Of a DNA stretch of 64,000 bases, positions 11,867 to 27,515 are shown in pieces (the first letter of the stretch is position 1; every line of letters begins with the position of its first letter). The stretch comes from Pseudomonadota bacterium (GTDB lineage: Bacteria > UBA10199 > 2-02-FULL-44-16 > JAAZCA01). Both the position numbers and the translations under genes were made by a program. The notes beneath the pieces were generated by a model. That model was not told where the DNA came from, did no database searches, and saw nothing but the letters and a program-made list of their open reading frames with translations. The stretch is from NCBI GenBank assembly GCA_043798915.1, contig JAZDOG010000102.1:23226-87225 (forward strand), in the 5' to 3' direction.

Positions 11867-12730
11867 CTAATGGTTTATGATCCTTTTGTATATCCTGTCC
11901 AAGTCCTGTGCCGAATAATATTCTATGATGAGCTTCCCTCCGTTCCCTTTGGGGAGAAGCGAGACCTTGGTGCCGAGCGAACTCTTCATCGTATCGAGAA
12001 GCTCGTTTGTCTGGGCGCTTATCTCTGAGCGCTTGCGGAAGGCTCTTCTACCACCGCTCTGATATGACTGCACCATTTTTTCAACATCGCGCACCGTCGG
12101 CACTTCGCGCAGGATACGCTCGCGCAGTTTGAGCTGTTCGTGTATTCCCTCCACAGCGAGTATCGCCCTCGCATGCCCCGCCGTATATCTTCCGCTTGCC
12201 ACATCATCTTGAATCACGCGCGGCAGCGCGAGGAGGCGCAAGCTGTTTGCCACGGCAACCCTCGACTTCCCCACTTTTTTCGCGACGTCATCCTGCGTGT
12301 AGCCGAACTGCTGCGTGAGTTCCAGATACGCGCGCGATTCTTCGATCGGATTGAGATCCTCACGCTGGACGTTCTCCATGATGGAGAGGGCGAGAAGCCC
12401 CTCGTCATCCACCTTCCTGATGACGACAGGGACATCGCTCAGACCCGCCAGGCGAGACGCCCTGAAGCGCCGCTCTCCTGCGATAAGTTCGTAGCGGCCG
12501 CCTTCGATAGGAGAGACTGCAAGCGGCTGGAGCACCCCCTGCTCCCGGATGGAGTCGGCCAACTCCCTGATCTTTTCCTCGTCGAAGACGGAGCGCGGCT
12601 GGAGCCGATTGGGCACGATCGAGTCGATCGATATCATTCTAAGGCCATCTCCCTCCGTCTGCCCTTGAACCATGGGCGGAGGTATGAGCGATTCGAGCCC
12701 TCTTCCCAGACCTCGTTTGAGCTGCATCAA
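11867..12730 (-). CDS. parB: Chromosome partitioning protein ParB
   Basis: GLGRGL, QPR, LIAGERRFRA, ENVQREDL, HTH. Confidence 0.97.
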   Translation of the reverse strand: MMQLKRGLGRGLESLIPPPMVQGQTEGDGLRMISIDSIVPNRLQPRSVFDEEKIRELADSIREQGVLQPLAVSPIEGGRYELIAGERRFRASRLAGLSDVPVVIRKVDDEGLLALSIMENVQREDLNPIEESRAYLELTQQFGYTQDDVAKKVGKSRVAVANSLRLLALPRVIQDDVASGRYTAGHARAILAVEGIHEQLKLRERILREVPTVRDVEKMVQSYQSGGRRAFRKRSEISAQTNELLDTMKSSLGTKVSLLPKGNGGKLIIEYYSAQDLDRIYKRIINH

Positions 12731-12764
12731 TTCCTCCGCATTACAAATAAGTTATACATATCAA

Positions 12765-13571
12765 CTAGTTATTATCGAAAACTCGTGGAGACTCGGTTGC
12801 AACAGAAGAAACAGCCGTTCCCAGGACCTCTCGCGCGAGGTCGAAATAGCTGGTCGCGCCCTTCGAACTGACGTCGTATAAAAGAATCGGTTTGCCATGG
12901 CTCGGGGCTTCGCTGAGCCTCACATTTCGGGGTATCACGACATGAAAGACCGACTCCTTGAAATGGCCGCGGATCTCCTGTTGGACCTGGTGTGAAAGAT
13001 TGTTTCTCGCATCAAACATCGTGAGCACGATACCCCTGATCCTCAATTTTGGATTGATTCTTCCCTTTACGAGCGAAATCGTCCGCTGAAGATCGGCTAT
13101 CCCCTCCATGGCATAGTATTCACACTGCACAGGGATAAGCACCGACTCGGCTGCGGCGAGGGCGTTGAGCGTCACGAGACCGAGCGAGGGGGGACAGTCC
13201 ATTATCACAAAATCGTAATCATCCCTTATCGCGTCGATGTGAAAACGGAGACGTGTTTCACGTGAAACAACTCCGACGAGCTCTATCTCGGCACCGACCA
13301 GCGACGGGTTCGATGGCACCATCTTGAGATGGGTGAGATCTGTAGGCTGAACTATGGATGCGATATCGACGCCGTCGACCAGCACATTATATATGCTCTG
13401 GCTGATATGATGCTTGTCGAGGCCCATCCCGGTGGTGGCATTTCCTTGTGCGTCGAGATCTATGAGGAGGGTCCGCTTTTCAGCGGCTGCAAGCGCAGCG
13501 GAAAGATTGATGGCGGTCGTCGTCTTGCCCACACCGCCCTTTTGATTGCATATGGCTATGACTTCTGCCAT
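12765..13571 (-). CDS. parA: Chromosome partitioning ATPase ParA/Soj
   Basis: NQKGGVGKTT, DCPPSLG, IPRNVRLSEAPSHG. Confidence 0.98.
   Translation of the reverse strand: MAEVIAICNQKGGVGKTTTAINLSAALAAAEKRTLLIDLDAQGNATTGMGLDKHHISQSIYNVLVDGVDIASIVQPTDLTHLKMVPSNPSLVGAEIELVGVVSRETRLRFHIDAIRDDYDFVIMDCPPSLGLVTLNALAAAESVLIPVQCEYYAMEGIADLQRTISLVKGRINPKLRIRGIVLTMFDARNNLSHQVQQEIRGHFKESVFHVVIPRNVRLSEAPSHGKPILLYDVSSKGATSYFDLAREVLGTAVSSVATESPRVFDNN
13254..13269. promoter_or_regulatory. parS: parS site inside the parA coding sequence
   Basis: Perfect TGTTTCACGTGAAACA. Confidence 0.85.
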
Positions 13572-13628
13572 CGGACCCCCACGTTGAATCTTTTCTAGGT
13601 TGTTTTATCTGAAAGTGCAATGGAAAAT

Positions 13629-13644
13629 TGTTTCACGTGAAACA
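13629..13644. promoter_or_regulatory. parS: parS site upstream of parA
   Basis: TGTTTCACGTGAAACA within a 22-bp palindrome at 13626-13647. Confidence 0.92.
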
Positions 13645-13705
13645 ATTGCCATAAAACTATATTAAATTAGTTATTTAACCAATAATATCAACGAGTTAGC
13701 TTTGG

Positions 13706-13808
13706 TGTCATTGCGAGGAGCGAAGCGACGTGGCAATCCCGTGCTAACCACTGTTTTAAGGGGATCGCCACGTCGCTCCAAGTCTATCAAGGGCTCCTCG
13801 CGATGACA
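13706..13808. repeat. REP/RPE-like palindromic element family B (full copy)
   Basis: Outer IR TGTCATTGCGAGGAGC/GCTCCTCGCGATGACA; inner IR GCGACGTGGCAATCCC/GGGATCGCCACGTCGC. Confidence 0.8.
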
Positions 13809-13905
13809 GCCCGGCTCGAGAACAATCTTCATTTGAGCACAAAAAAACACAACTCACCCCTTGACTATGGGGAGACAGGTATTATATGAAGACCAACTGA
13901 AGCCG

Positions 13906-13932
13906 TTAGCACTCAACTGCAACAAGTGCCAA
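13906..13932 (+). promoter_or_regulatory. CIRCE (HrcA operator) upstream of groES
   Basis: TTAGCACTC-N9-AAGTGCCAA vs consensus TTAGCACTC-N9-GAGTGCTAA; TTGACT -35 candidate at 13861. Confidence 0.88.
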
Positions 13933-13984
13933 CAATAAAAATCGATTAGTTGTTAATAACTTAACAACCACAAGGAGGAAGGGT

Positions 13985-14284
13985 ATGGCAACATCAAAGA
14001 TCAGACCGCTGCAGGACCGCATCCTGGTCAAACGCCTCAATGAAGAGGAGAAGACCAAGGGCGGAATCATCATCCCCGACTCGGCGAAAGAAAAACCGCA
14101 GGAGGGCGAGGTCATCGCCGTGGGCAACGGCAAGGTGCTCGAGAATGGCACAAAGGTTCAGCTCGACGTGAAGATCGGAGATCGCATCCTGTTCTCAAAA
14201 TATTCCGGCTCAGAAGTGAAGATCGACGGCAACGAGTACACGATCATGCGCGAAGACGACGTCCTCGGCATCCTCACGAATTGA
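13985..14284 (+). CDS. groES: Co-chaperonin GroES
   Basis: [27 protein letters not shown]. Confidence 0.99.
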   Translation: MATSKIRPLQDRILVKRLNEEEKTKGGIIIPDSAKEKPQEGEVIAVGNGKVLENGTKVQLDVKIGDRILFSKYSGSEVKIDGNEYTIMREDDVLGILTN

Positions 14285-14319
14285 TCAGCAGACAAAAAAT
14301 TAAACTGGTGCACAAATAA

Positions 14320-15975
<1,656 letters not shown>

Positions 15976-16010
15976 TTGGAGCGGCTTAAGCTTTATTCTG
16001 AGAAATACAG

Positions 16011-16044
16011 GGCGGCATCCTCAAATTGGATGCCGCCTTTTTTT
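16011..16044 (+). terminator. Rho-independent terminator of groESL
   Basis: ggcggcatcc-7nt-ggatgccgcc-ttttttt. Confidence 0.9.
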
Positions 16045-16137
16045 GTTCGATGGCTCTTCTTGACGTCAATAAAATCAACGTGTTACTATGCCGCGTTCAG
16101 TTGCTGGCTGGCTCTCATCGCAAGGAGCTTTAGCGGC

Positions 16138-17847
16138 GTGACAATCCTTTTGAAAATGATATCGCGAGCGGCCCTTGCGGGCATCGTCTTTGTTTCGCTC
16201 GCTGCATCCGCATCCGCATCCGATTTCTCCCTGCATGGTTATTACAGGAACCGCGTCGTAGCCAACGACAACCTGGATCTGCAGAACAAAAATTCAGGCA
16301 TTGCACACAGCAACGATCGCTTCGGCTTCATACAATATAACCAGATGCGGCTTCGGCTCGAGCCCAGCTTCAAGCTGAACGACAACCTCTCCCTCCATGC
16401 CCAGTTCGACGTCCTCGACAACATCGTCTTCGGAACGAAGGACACCCGCCAGCTGCAGATCACCGCTCCAATCGTCGGGAACCAGACTCTGCCCGCCGGC
16501 GGGGGATCGTTCTACATGACAGGCCCCTCCACGATGGGCGAAAACGGCGCGATCAACGTGCGCCGCATCTGGGCGGACATACTGACGCCCGTCGGAAAGT
16601 TCCGCATCGGTCGGCAGCCGTCGCACTGGGGGCTCGGCATATTCCAGAACGACGGAAACGAGCTGCAGGGCGATTTCGGCGACACGGCAGACCGCATACT
16701 CTACCTCCTGCAGTACGATATACCCGACGCGGGCTCGTTAACAGGCGGGCTCTTCTGGGATATCGCCTATTCGGCGCAGTGGGATCCGCGCACCGACACG
16801 AGGATGACCTCCGTCGCCATGCCTTCGCACAACAGGGATACGCAGCAGTTCGGCGGCCTGTTTTTGTTCGACCGGCCGGAGGTCTCCGCGGGGCTCTTTG
16901 GGGGCATGCGCTACAGAAACGGGCCCGATGGAGCGACGACGATGACGGCAACGGATGCGCTTGGCACTCCCACCGCTGCCGGAATCGACGGCGACACGCT
17001 TCTCTACTTCATAGATCTCTATGGTCGCTACGCGTTGGAAAACTACACGTTCAAGCTCGAGGGCGTCTTCGTCGGCGGGAAGGTGACGACCGGCCTTGCG
17101 CTCAATGCCATACCGTTTGCGGGCCTCGGGGCAGGGCAGGGTATCATACAGCTGCCGCCTAAGCAGGACATGCGGGTCTTCAATGCCGCATTTGAGGTAG
17201 AGGGGCACTACAAGTTCGGCGGGGCATGGAAATTCCAGACTGGATATGCGGAGGGAGACGGTTCGCCGCTGTCTCAACGGGTCACACAGCTGGGATTCAG
17301 GCCCGACTACCAGATCGCCCTCATCATGTTCGACATGCCGCTCGGCACCTCCCCGGCCCTCTATGGCGCCAAGGCAGGCGGCGGCGCGGCAACCCAGTTC
17401 CTGGCCGGCAACCAGCAGATCACCGGCAACTTCATAAACAACGCGTTCTACGTCTCTGCCGGCTACAAACACACCTTCAACTTCAAGGGCAATGACTGGG
17501 TCGACTGGTTGAAGGTAGGTGGGAAGGTAACAACTGCCTGGGCGCCCCAGAAGAACACAAACATAAACTTTCAGGATCTCATCGCCCAGACCGGCAACTG
17601 GCCAGCCATCTCCGATACCGCCAACTCCATGTTCAAGCGCTGGTACGGACTCGAGGTCGACGTCGCGGCTGAGGCCATGCTGTGGCAGCACTTCTATGCC
17701 GCGCTTGAGGGCGGCCTCCTGATGCCCGGCAGGGCCTACGACATCAATGTCAATCTCTTCAACCCTGGCTCAATCGTGGATCCAATCCCCAATGACAAAG
17801 CTGAGTTGACGTGGATGATAAGGCTCTCGGCGATCATGGAATTCTAG
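16138..17847 (+). CDS. Outer-membrane beta-barrel protein (porin-like; start GTG 16138 or ATG 16156)
   Basis: Signal peptide ending ASASA, LHGYYRNR, RLRLEP, GRQPSHWGLGI, alternating strands, terminal Phe. Confidence 0.75.
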   Translation: MTILLKMISRAALAGIVFVSLAASASASDFSLHGYYRNRVVANDNLDLQNKNSGIAHSNDRFGFIQYNQMRLRLEPSFKLNDNLSLHAQFDVLDNIVFGTKDTRQLQITAPIVGNQTLPAGGGSFYMTGPSTMGENGAINVRRIWADILTPVGKFRIGRQPSHWGLGIFQNDGNELQGDFGDTADRILYLLQYDIPDAGSLTGGLFWDIAYSAQWDPRTDTRMTSVAMPSHNRDTQQFGGLFLFDRPEVSAGLFGGMRYRNGPDGATTMTATDALGTPTAAGIDGDTLLYFIDLYGRYALENYTFKLEGVFVGGKVTTGLALNAIPFAGLGAGQGIIQLPPKQDMRVFNAAFEVEGHYKFGGAWKFQTGYAEGDGSPLSQRVTQLGFRPDYQIALIMFDMPLGTSPALYGAKAGGGAATQFLAGNQQITGNFINNAFYVSAGYKHTFNFKGNDWVDWLKVGGKVTTAWAPQKNTNINFQDLIAQTGNWPAISDTANSMFKRWYGLEVDVAAEAMLWQHFYAALEGGLLMPGRAYDINVNLFNPGSIVDPIPNDKAELTWMIRLSAIMEF

Positions 17848-17879
17848 CAAGCCGTTCACAAATCTGCCAGAAGCTAAGA

Positions 17880-18227
17880 TTATTTCACAACAATTGTCTG
17901 CGTGGATAACCCGCTATCGTTGCAGGTTGCGATGATACGAAACGTGTCGCCGGAACCGGCCGGGATGGCAAACGGCGACATCGCCTGATTGCGGTGGCTC
18001 GTCTGAAAATCGAAATCCCGTCTTGCAACCTCCGTCCCGTTTTTGAAGATCACGACTTCCTTGATAAAATGCCCGTTGCGGTCCGCCGCATGGTGCTGCA
18101 CGGTGACGTGCAGCTTCTGATGCTCCAAATCATAGCTGGCGTGAATCGCATTGGGGGCATTAGCCATCAGGACGCCTGAAACCAGCATCCCTGCCACAAG
18201 CACGATGTAGAAGATTATCTTCATCAT
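17880..18227 (-). CDS. Small secreted His-rich beta-sandwich protein
   Basis: Signal peptide; H..HFIKEV..CN pattern. Confidence 0.6.
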   Translation of the reverse strand: MMKIIFYIVLVAGMLVSGVLMANAPNAIHASYDLEHQKLHVTVQHHAADRNGHFIKEVVIFKNGTEVARRDFDFQTSHRNQAMSPFAIPAGSGDTFRIIATCNDSGLSTQTIVVK

Positions 18228-18245
18228 TCTTATGAATGGAGCCAG

Positions 18246-18319
18246 CGCGCCCGGCAGGATTCGAACCTGCGACCCTCTGATCCGTAGTCAGATACTCTAA
18301 TCCGCTGAGCTACGGGCGC
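18246..18319 (-). tRNA. tRNA-Arg(ACG), CCA not encoded
   Basis: GCGCCCG acceptor stem, TAGCTCAG D arm, TCTGA-CTACGGA-TCAGA anticodon arm, GGTTCGAATCC. Confidence 0.97.
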
Positions 18320-18394
18320 GCTGACTCCACCACACATCTCTGTAAACTCGGCCCGGCAGGGTAAACCAGCCGGCCTCAACCTGTCAAGCGCGCC

Positions 18395-22481
<4,087 letters not shown>

Positions 22482-22695
22482 CCACCGGCTTCGCATTTTG
22501 GTGTCCGCTATGAGCCCCAAGCCAAGGCGAATTTCGATGACCTGACGCCGGAGGATAAATATCGCGTCCTTGAGGCGCTCCGGGAGGATCCCTTCAAGAG
22601 CCGCCAGTTTCTGGCAAAGCTCCTCCCAACTCCGTTTCATCTATTCAACATCGCCCCCCTTGAAATGAAGCCTCATTCATGATAGTAAGTGCTCA

Positions 22696-23103
22696 ATGGT
22701 TGAATCGAAAAATATCGTGCTCCAGTGGATGGAGCGGGCCGATTACGATTTGAGTGCAGCGGCAGCGATGAGAAAAAGCGGCCACTTGCTTTATGTCGCC
22801 TTCATGTGTCAGCAAGCAGTGGAAAAAACGCTCAAGGCAACGTGGTGCCGCCGGCGCGACGATTCTCCTCCTTTCACACACAATCTGGCCACGCTGGCGG
22901 AGTCTCTTGGTCTGGACATATCTGAAAAACAAAAGATACTTCTCGATAGGCTTGGCCGGCACTATATTGTCGGCCGGTACCCCACCTTCAAACAGAAGCT
23001 GGCGTCGGCTCTGAACAAAGAAGATGTGTCTGATATGCTCAAACAGACGGAGGATTTTGTAAAATGGTGCAGGAAATCTATCCCAACGTTGAAGAAGTCG
23101 TAA
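22696..23103 (+). CDS. HEPN domain protein
   Basis: ADYDL..AFMCQQAVEKTLKA..THNL..RYP. Confidence 0.88.
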   Translation: MVESKNIVLQWMERADYDLSAAAAMRKSGHLLYVAFMCQQAVEKTLKATWCRRRDDSPPFTHNLATLAESLGLDISEKQKILLDRLGRHYIVGRYPTFKQKLASALNKEDVSDMLKQTEDFVKWCRKSIPTLKKS

Positions 23104-23399
23104 ATGCCTTCATAGCCGAGCTGAAAAAACGCGTGCATGTGCGAAGGGTGATTCTCTTTGGTTCCTATGCGCGCGGGACTCCAAGGCCGTGGAGCGATAT
23201 CGACCTGGCCGTCATTTCATCAGATTTTCATGGCGGGACAGAAGGGGATCATCTCCTATTGGCCGAGGTGGCACGCAGAATAACACCTCAGATAGAAGCC
23301 ATCCCTTATCTGCCCGAGGATTTTGCCGGGTGCGACTCGAGGAGCTTCGAGGCTGATATCCTTCGAAACGGGAGGGTCATGTTCGACGAAGCGGCCTGA
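23064..23399 (+). CDS. Minimal nucleotidyltransferase (MNT), partner of HEPN
   Basis: LFGSYARG..SDIDLAV; overlaps the HEPN gene. Confidence 0.9.
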   Translation: MVQEIYPNVEEVVNAFIAELKKRVHVRRVILFGSYARGTPRPWSDIDLAVISSDFHGGTEGDHLLLAEVARRITPQIEAIPYLPEDFAGCDSRSFEADILRNGRVMFDEAA

Positions 23400-23407
23400 C
23401 TCAGCAT

Positions 23408-23893
23408 TCACGCTATTTTGAGGCTCTTGAGGAACAGCTGGAAAGGTTTGTAGTATTCCTGGAACCTGTCGTCCGGGAAGCTGGCGGTCATGTTGATGGC
23501 GAGGTTGCCCTTGAGCAGGGTGACCTGGACCTGCTTTACGATCTGGCCGGGCTTGATGTTCGGCGCAGGCGCGTTGGGCTGCTGCTGCTTCATCAGATCG
23601 GCCATCGCCGAGACGTCCCAGCTGCAGACCATCATCTTGCCGCGCACCCCGGAGATCGCGATGTCGCGCTCGTCGGAGATCTTCAAATCCTTTATGCCAC
23701 GCTTCTCGATCGACTCCTTTATGCGGCCGAAATAGCTCGCCAGATCGATTTCCTTGGGAAGGTACTCCTTGGTGAGGATTACATTCGGCTTGACGTTGGG
23801 GTCGGGAGAGGGCAGCGTAAGAGTCAGCATCCCCTGAACGTTCCAGTCTTCCGGGGTCTCCGCAGCCAGCTCCGCCATCTCGATCCGTGGCAT
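23408..23893 (-). CDS. DcrB/DUF1795 (PsbP-like) protein
   Basis: TPEDW..PNVILTKE..QVQVTLL pattern; GGAGG RBS. Confidence 0.6.
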   Translation of the reverse strand: MPRIEMAELAAETPEDWNVQGMLTLTLPSPDPNVKPNVILTKEYLPKEIDLASYFGRIKESIEKRGIKDLKISDERDIAISGVRGKMMVCSWDVSAMADLMKQQQPNAPAPNIKPGQIVKQVQVTLLKGNLAINMTASFPDDRFQEYYKPFQLFLKSLKIA

Positions 23894-23971
23894 GTGTCCC
23901 TCCTGAAATGGAGGTGAGGGATAACACGGGCTTGAGAGGCTTAGCAAGCGGAATTGCCAAGGTGCGATCTT

Positions 23972-25105
23972 ATGGAAAACCATTTCACAGTTGAAAACAG
24001 GGACATCGGCCAGCGCCTCGACAAATGGCTCTGCACGCGACTACCCGGCTTATCGCGAAACCAGATCAAGTCGCTATTGGATGATGGGCGCATCCTCATC
24101 AACAACCGCCGGGTTGTGATCGCAGGCTGGGAGCTGGAGGCCGACGACGTGGTCGAGGTGAGGATCCCGCCGGACTTCGAGAAGAAGGCCGGGGGAGAAG
24201 GCTCCGTCCCCAGTCCGCAACATGCCGCCCCGGCAAGCCCAGTCACGCCGGATGGGGCGGAGGTCCCCGCTGAAAAGGCCAAGATCAGGGCCTCGATCGA
24301 AAGGCATTTCACAAGGCAGAAGGATCGGCACCACCGCAAACCCGAGGAGACAAAAAAAGAGAACAAGGAAAATAAGGAGGGCGCACAGTCGAGGCCCGGG
24401 CGCCTGAAGATATATCATGAGGACAGGGACCTGATCGTAGTCGAGAAGCTGGCTGGTTTGCTCTCGGTTGCATCCCAGGAGGAGCGCGGGAGCCAGGACC
24501 TCGTGCGCGAGATCAAGGGCTACATGCGCCGGCGCCACCGCGGGAGCCAGCACTCTTTCGTCGCGCCTCTCCACCGGCTTGATGCGGAGACCAGCGGCAT
24601 CATGGTCTTCGCACTCTCGAGGGAGGGACAGAAGCTCGAGCATCAATTCCGCGACCATTCGATCAGGCGCGAGTATACAGCCATAGCAGCCGGACGACTG
24701 GAAGAGGAAAAGGGAATCATAGACATCCCGCTCGAAAAGGGTGACTTCCACGGCGGGAAGAAAGTGCGCAGCGCAGAAGGCGGCGGGAAGAGGGCGGTGA
24801 CGGAATTCAGCGTCAAGGAGCGCTATCGCAACGCGACCCTCCTCGAACTCCGGGTGCGCACCGGCCGCACGCATCAGATCCGCGTCCATCTGGCTGAGAA
24901 GGGCTTTCCGCTGATAGGCGACAAGCTCTACGCCGACCGTGTGCCGGAGGGCATCCCGCCTTTCAGCCGGCACGCGCTCCACGCTCACTCGCTTGGCTTC
25001 CGTCATCCGGCGACCGGCAAAAAACTGACCTTTCACTCTCCGCTGCCCCGGGACATGCGCGAGTTGATCGATAAGCTCCGCGAAGCTATTGCCAAGGGTG
25101 AATGA
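23972..25105 (+). CDS. RluA/RluD-family pseudouridine synthase with S4 domain
   Basis: RLDKWL S4 domain, HRLDAETSG, TGRTHQIRVHL, GDKLY, LHA. Confidence 0.93.
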   Translation: MENHFTVENRDIGQRLDKWLCTRLPGLSRNQIKSLLDDGRILINNRRVVIAGWELEADDVVEVRIPPDFEKKAGGEGSVPSPQHAAPASPVTPDGAEVPAEKAKIRASIERHFTRQKDRHHRKPEETKKENKENKEGAQSRPGRLKIYHEDRDLIVVEKLAGLLSVASQEERGSQDLVREIKGYMRRRHRGSQHSFVAPLHRLDAETSGIMVFALSREGQKLEHQFRDHSIRREYTAIAAGRLEEEKGIIDIPLEKGDFHGGKKVRSAEGGGKRAVTEFSVKERYRNATLLELRVRTGRTHQIRVHLAEKGFPLIGDKLYADRVPEGIPPFSRHALHAHSLGFRHPATGKKLTFHSPLPRDMRELIDKLREAIAKGE

Positions 25106-25120
25106 TGATGTTGATTTTTG

Positions 25121-25201
25121 TGCCCAGGGCGGGACTCGAACCCGCATAGGTTGCCCCACACGCCCCTCAAACGTGCGCGTCTGCCATTCCGCCACCTGGG
25201 C
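25121..25201 (-). tRNA. tRNA-Leu(GAG), CCA not encoded
   Basis: GCCCAGG acceptor stem, CACGT-TTGAGGG-GCGTG anticodon arm, long variable arm, GGTTCGAGTCC; downstream of secG. Confidence 0.96.
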
Positions 25202-25225
25202 TAAAAAATTCGCAATACATTTTCC

Positions 25226-25540
25226 CTATTCGCTTTCCTTGGGCGTCTCTCCCAAAGGCGCTGCCGGCTCCGACTGCGCCGGCATCGCCTTGTCGATCAC
25301 CGTCTGGACCGAGCGAGTCTTGGATATCTGCGCAAGCCATATCGACGTGACGAGGAATGCGATCGCCATCCCGGCGGTCATCTTGCTCAGGAACGTCGCA
25401 GGGCCACGGCCTCCGAATACAGTCTGCGAGGCCCCGCCGAACACCGCTCCGATGTCCGCACCCTTGCCCACCTGCAAAAGGATCACGACGATCAAAAAGA
25501 AGCAGATCAAATAGTGGACTGTGATCAATACCGTTTCCAT
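25226..25540 (-). CDS. secG: Preprotein translocase SecG
   Basis: ILLQVGKGADIGAVFGG..FLSKMT; follows tpiA. Confidence 0.96.
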   Translation of the reverse strand: METVLITVHYLICFFLIVVILLQVGKGADIGAVFGGASQTVFGGRGPATFLSKMTAGMAIAFLVTSIWLAQISKTRSVQTVIDKAMPAQSEPAAPLGETPKESE

Positions 25541-25549
25541 GTCATCCTC

Positions 25550-26305
25550 TCAATGCGCGCTGCGCACGATCGCAGCGAACTGTTTCGGGTCCAGCGATGC
25601 GCCGCCCACTAGCGCGCCGTCTATATCCTCCTTCGACAGGAGTTCCCGGCTGTTGGACGGCTTGACGCTGCCACCGTATATTATCCTGATATTTTCCGCA
25701 ACAGCCGCGCCGAAGGCCTTGGCAAAGTGTCTGCGGATGAGCGCGTGCACCTCCTGGGCCTGTTCTGGCGTTGCCGTGCGCCCTGTGCCGATCGCCCAGA
25801 CCGGCTCGTAGGCGACGACGGCGCTTGCCGCGGCCTCCGCACTCATGCCCATGAGGCCCCCTTTAAGCTGGCGCTCTATGACATCCCACGTCCGGTTCGC
25901 TTCCCGCTCGCCGAGCGTCTCTCCCACGCAGAGGATCGGAATCAGGCCATGGCGCAGCGCCGCCCGAAACCGGCGATTCGCCGTTTCGTCGGTTTCGCCG
26001 AAGAGCTGCCTGCGTTCGGAGTGGCCGATCAGCGCGCAGCTGCACCCGACATCCCTGAGGAAGAGGCCCGATATCTCGCCCGTGTAGGCGCCCGAGTCCT
26101 CCCAGAAGATGTTCTGGGCGGCGAGCTTGAACTCCGTCTCGGCCAGCGCCACACCGATGGAATAGAGCGCGGTGAAGGGCGGGGCGATGACGACATCGAC
26201 GTGCCCTGCGGCCTTGAGCTCGGATGCGAGCGCGGCAACAAACTTGAGCGCCTCCGGGACCGTGTTGTTCATCTTCCAATTTGCGGCGATGAAGGATTTT
26301 CTCAT
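25550..26305 (-). CDS. tpiA: Triosephosphate isomerase
   Basis: NWKMN, GHSERR, AYEPVWAIGTG, LVGGASL. Confidence 0.99.
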   Translation of the reverse strand: MRKSFIAANWKMNNTVPEALKFVAALASELKAAGHVDVVIAPPFTALYSIGVALAETEFKLAAQNIFWEDSGAYTGEISGLFLRDVGCSCALIGHSERRQLFGETDETANRRFRAALRHGLIPILCVGETLGEREANRTWDVIERQLKGGLMGMSAEAAASAVVAYEPVWAIGTGRTATPEQAQEVHALIRRHFAKAFGAAVAENIRIIYGGSVKPSNSRELLSKEDIDGALVGGASLDPKQFAAIVRSAH

Positions 26306-26317
26306 ATTCACCCTTGG

Positions 26318-27505
26318 CTATTGCTCAAGTGCTGCTATTCCAGGCAGCTTCTTGCCTTCCAGAAATTCCAGCGACGCACCGCCGCCGGTGGATATATGGT
26401 TTATCTTGTCAGCCACGCCAGCCTTTGTCACGGCCGCCACGGAATCGCCGCCTCCCACGACCGATACGGCGGCGCTGTCCGCCACCGCCTGCGCCATCCG
26501 GTCCGTGCCGACGGAGAAGGGCGCGAGCTCGAAGACTCCCATCGGCCCGTTCCAGAAGATGGTGCCGGCCTTTTCGATCGCCGACGTGAATTTCGATATC
26601 GTCCTGGGGCCGATGTCCAGGCCCATCATCTCGTCCGGAATCGCCTGGCCCTCGGTCTCCTTGGGGAGCGCCTCCGCACTGCAGACCGAAGCGACGATGT
26701 GGTCGAGGGGAAGCATTATCTGGATGCCCCTGGTCTCCGCACGTTCGAGTATGCGCCTGGCCGCGTGGATCTTCTCCTCCTCGACGAGCGATTTGCCGAC
26801 CGCGATACCCTTGGCCTTGAGGAATGTGTAGGCCATGCCGCCGCCGATCAGGAGCCTGTCGCAGATGTTCATCAGGTTCTCGACAACGCCCAGCTTGTCC
26901 GAGACCTTTGCCCCGCCGAGGAGCGCAACGAACGGCCGCGCCGGATTCTTGAGCAGGCGCGTGAGCGCCTCCACCTCGGCGCGCATGAGAAAGCCGGCGC
27001 CTTTCTGAGCAACATAAGGAACCATCCCGACGGTGGATGCGTGAGCCCTGTGGGCGGTGCCGAAGGCGTCGTTCACGTAGACCTCGGCGAGCGAGGCCAG
27101 CTGTTTTGCGAAGGCGTCGCCGTTTGCCTCTTCCTCGGGATGAAAGCGCAGATTTTCGAGGAGCATGACCTGCCCCGGCGCAAGCTCGGATGCTAACTTC
27201 TTCACTGCATCGCCGACGCAGTCCTCCGGGTGCAGGACATCCACATCCCCCAGAAGCTCCGCGAGCCTCTCGCCCACCGGCCTCATCGAATATTTGGGGT
27301 TCAGTTTTCCCTTTGGCCGGCCCAAGTGCGACGCAAGGATGACCCTCGCGTTCTGTCCCAGGGCGTAGCGGATGGTGGGAAGCGCTGCGCGGATGCGCGT
27401 GTCATCGCTGATCGCCCCCCCTTCGTCCATGGCGACATTGAAATCCACGCGGATGAAAAGCCGCCTCTCCGCAATCTGCAGTTCGTCGATGTATTTGATG
27501 GTCAT
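26318..27505 (-). CDS. pgk: Phosphoglycerate kinase
   Basis: RVDFNV, SHLGRPKG, WNGPMGVFE, STGGGASLE. Confidence 0.99.
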   Translation of the reverse strand: MTIKYIDELQIAERRLFIRVDFNVAMDEGGAISDDTRIRAALPTIRYALGQNARVILASHLGRPKGKLNPKYSMRPVGERLAELLGDVDVLHPEDCVGDAVKKLASELAPGQVMLLENLRFHPEEEANGDAFAKQLASLAEVYVNDAFGTAHRAHASTVGMVPYVAQKGAGFLMRAEVEALTRLLKNPARPFVALLGGAKVSDKLGVVENLMNICDRLLIGGGMAYTFLKAKGIAVGKSLVEEEKIHAARRILERAETRGIQIMLPLDHIVASVCSAEALPKETEGQAIPDEMMGLDIGPRTISKFTSAIEKAGTIFWNGPMGVFELAPFSVGTDRMAQAVADSAAVSVVGGGDSVAAVTKAGVADKINHISTGGGASLEFLEGKKLPGIAALEQ

Positions 27506-27515
27506 AGAATGAAAC

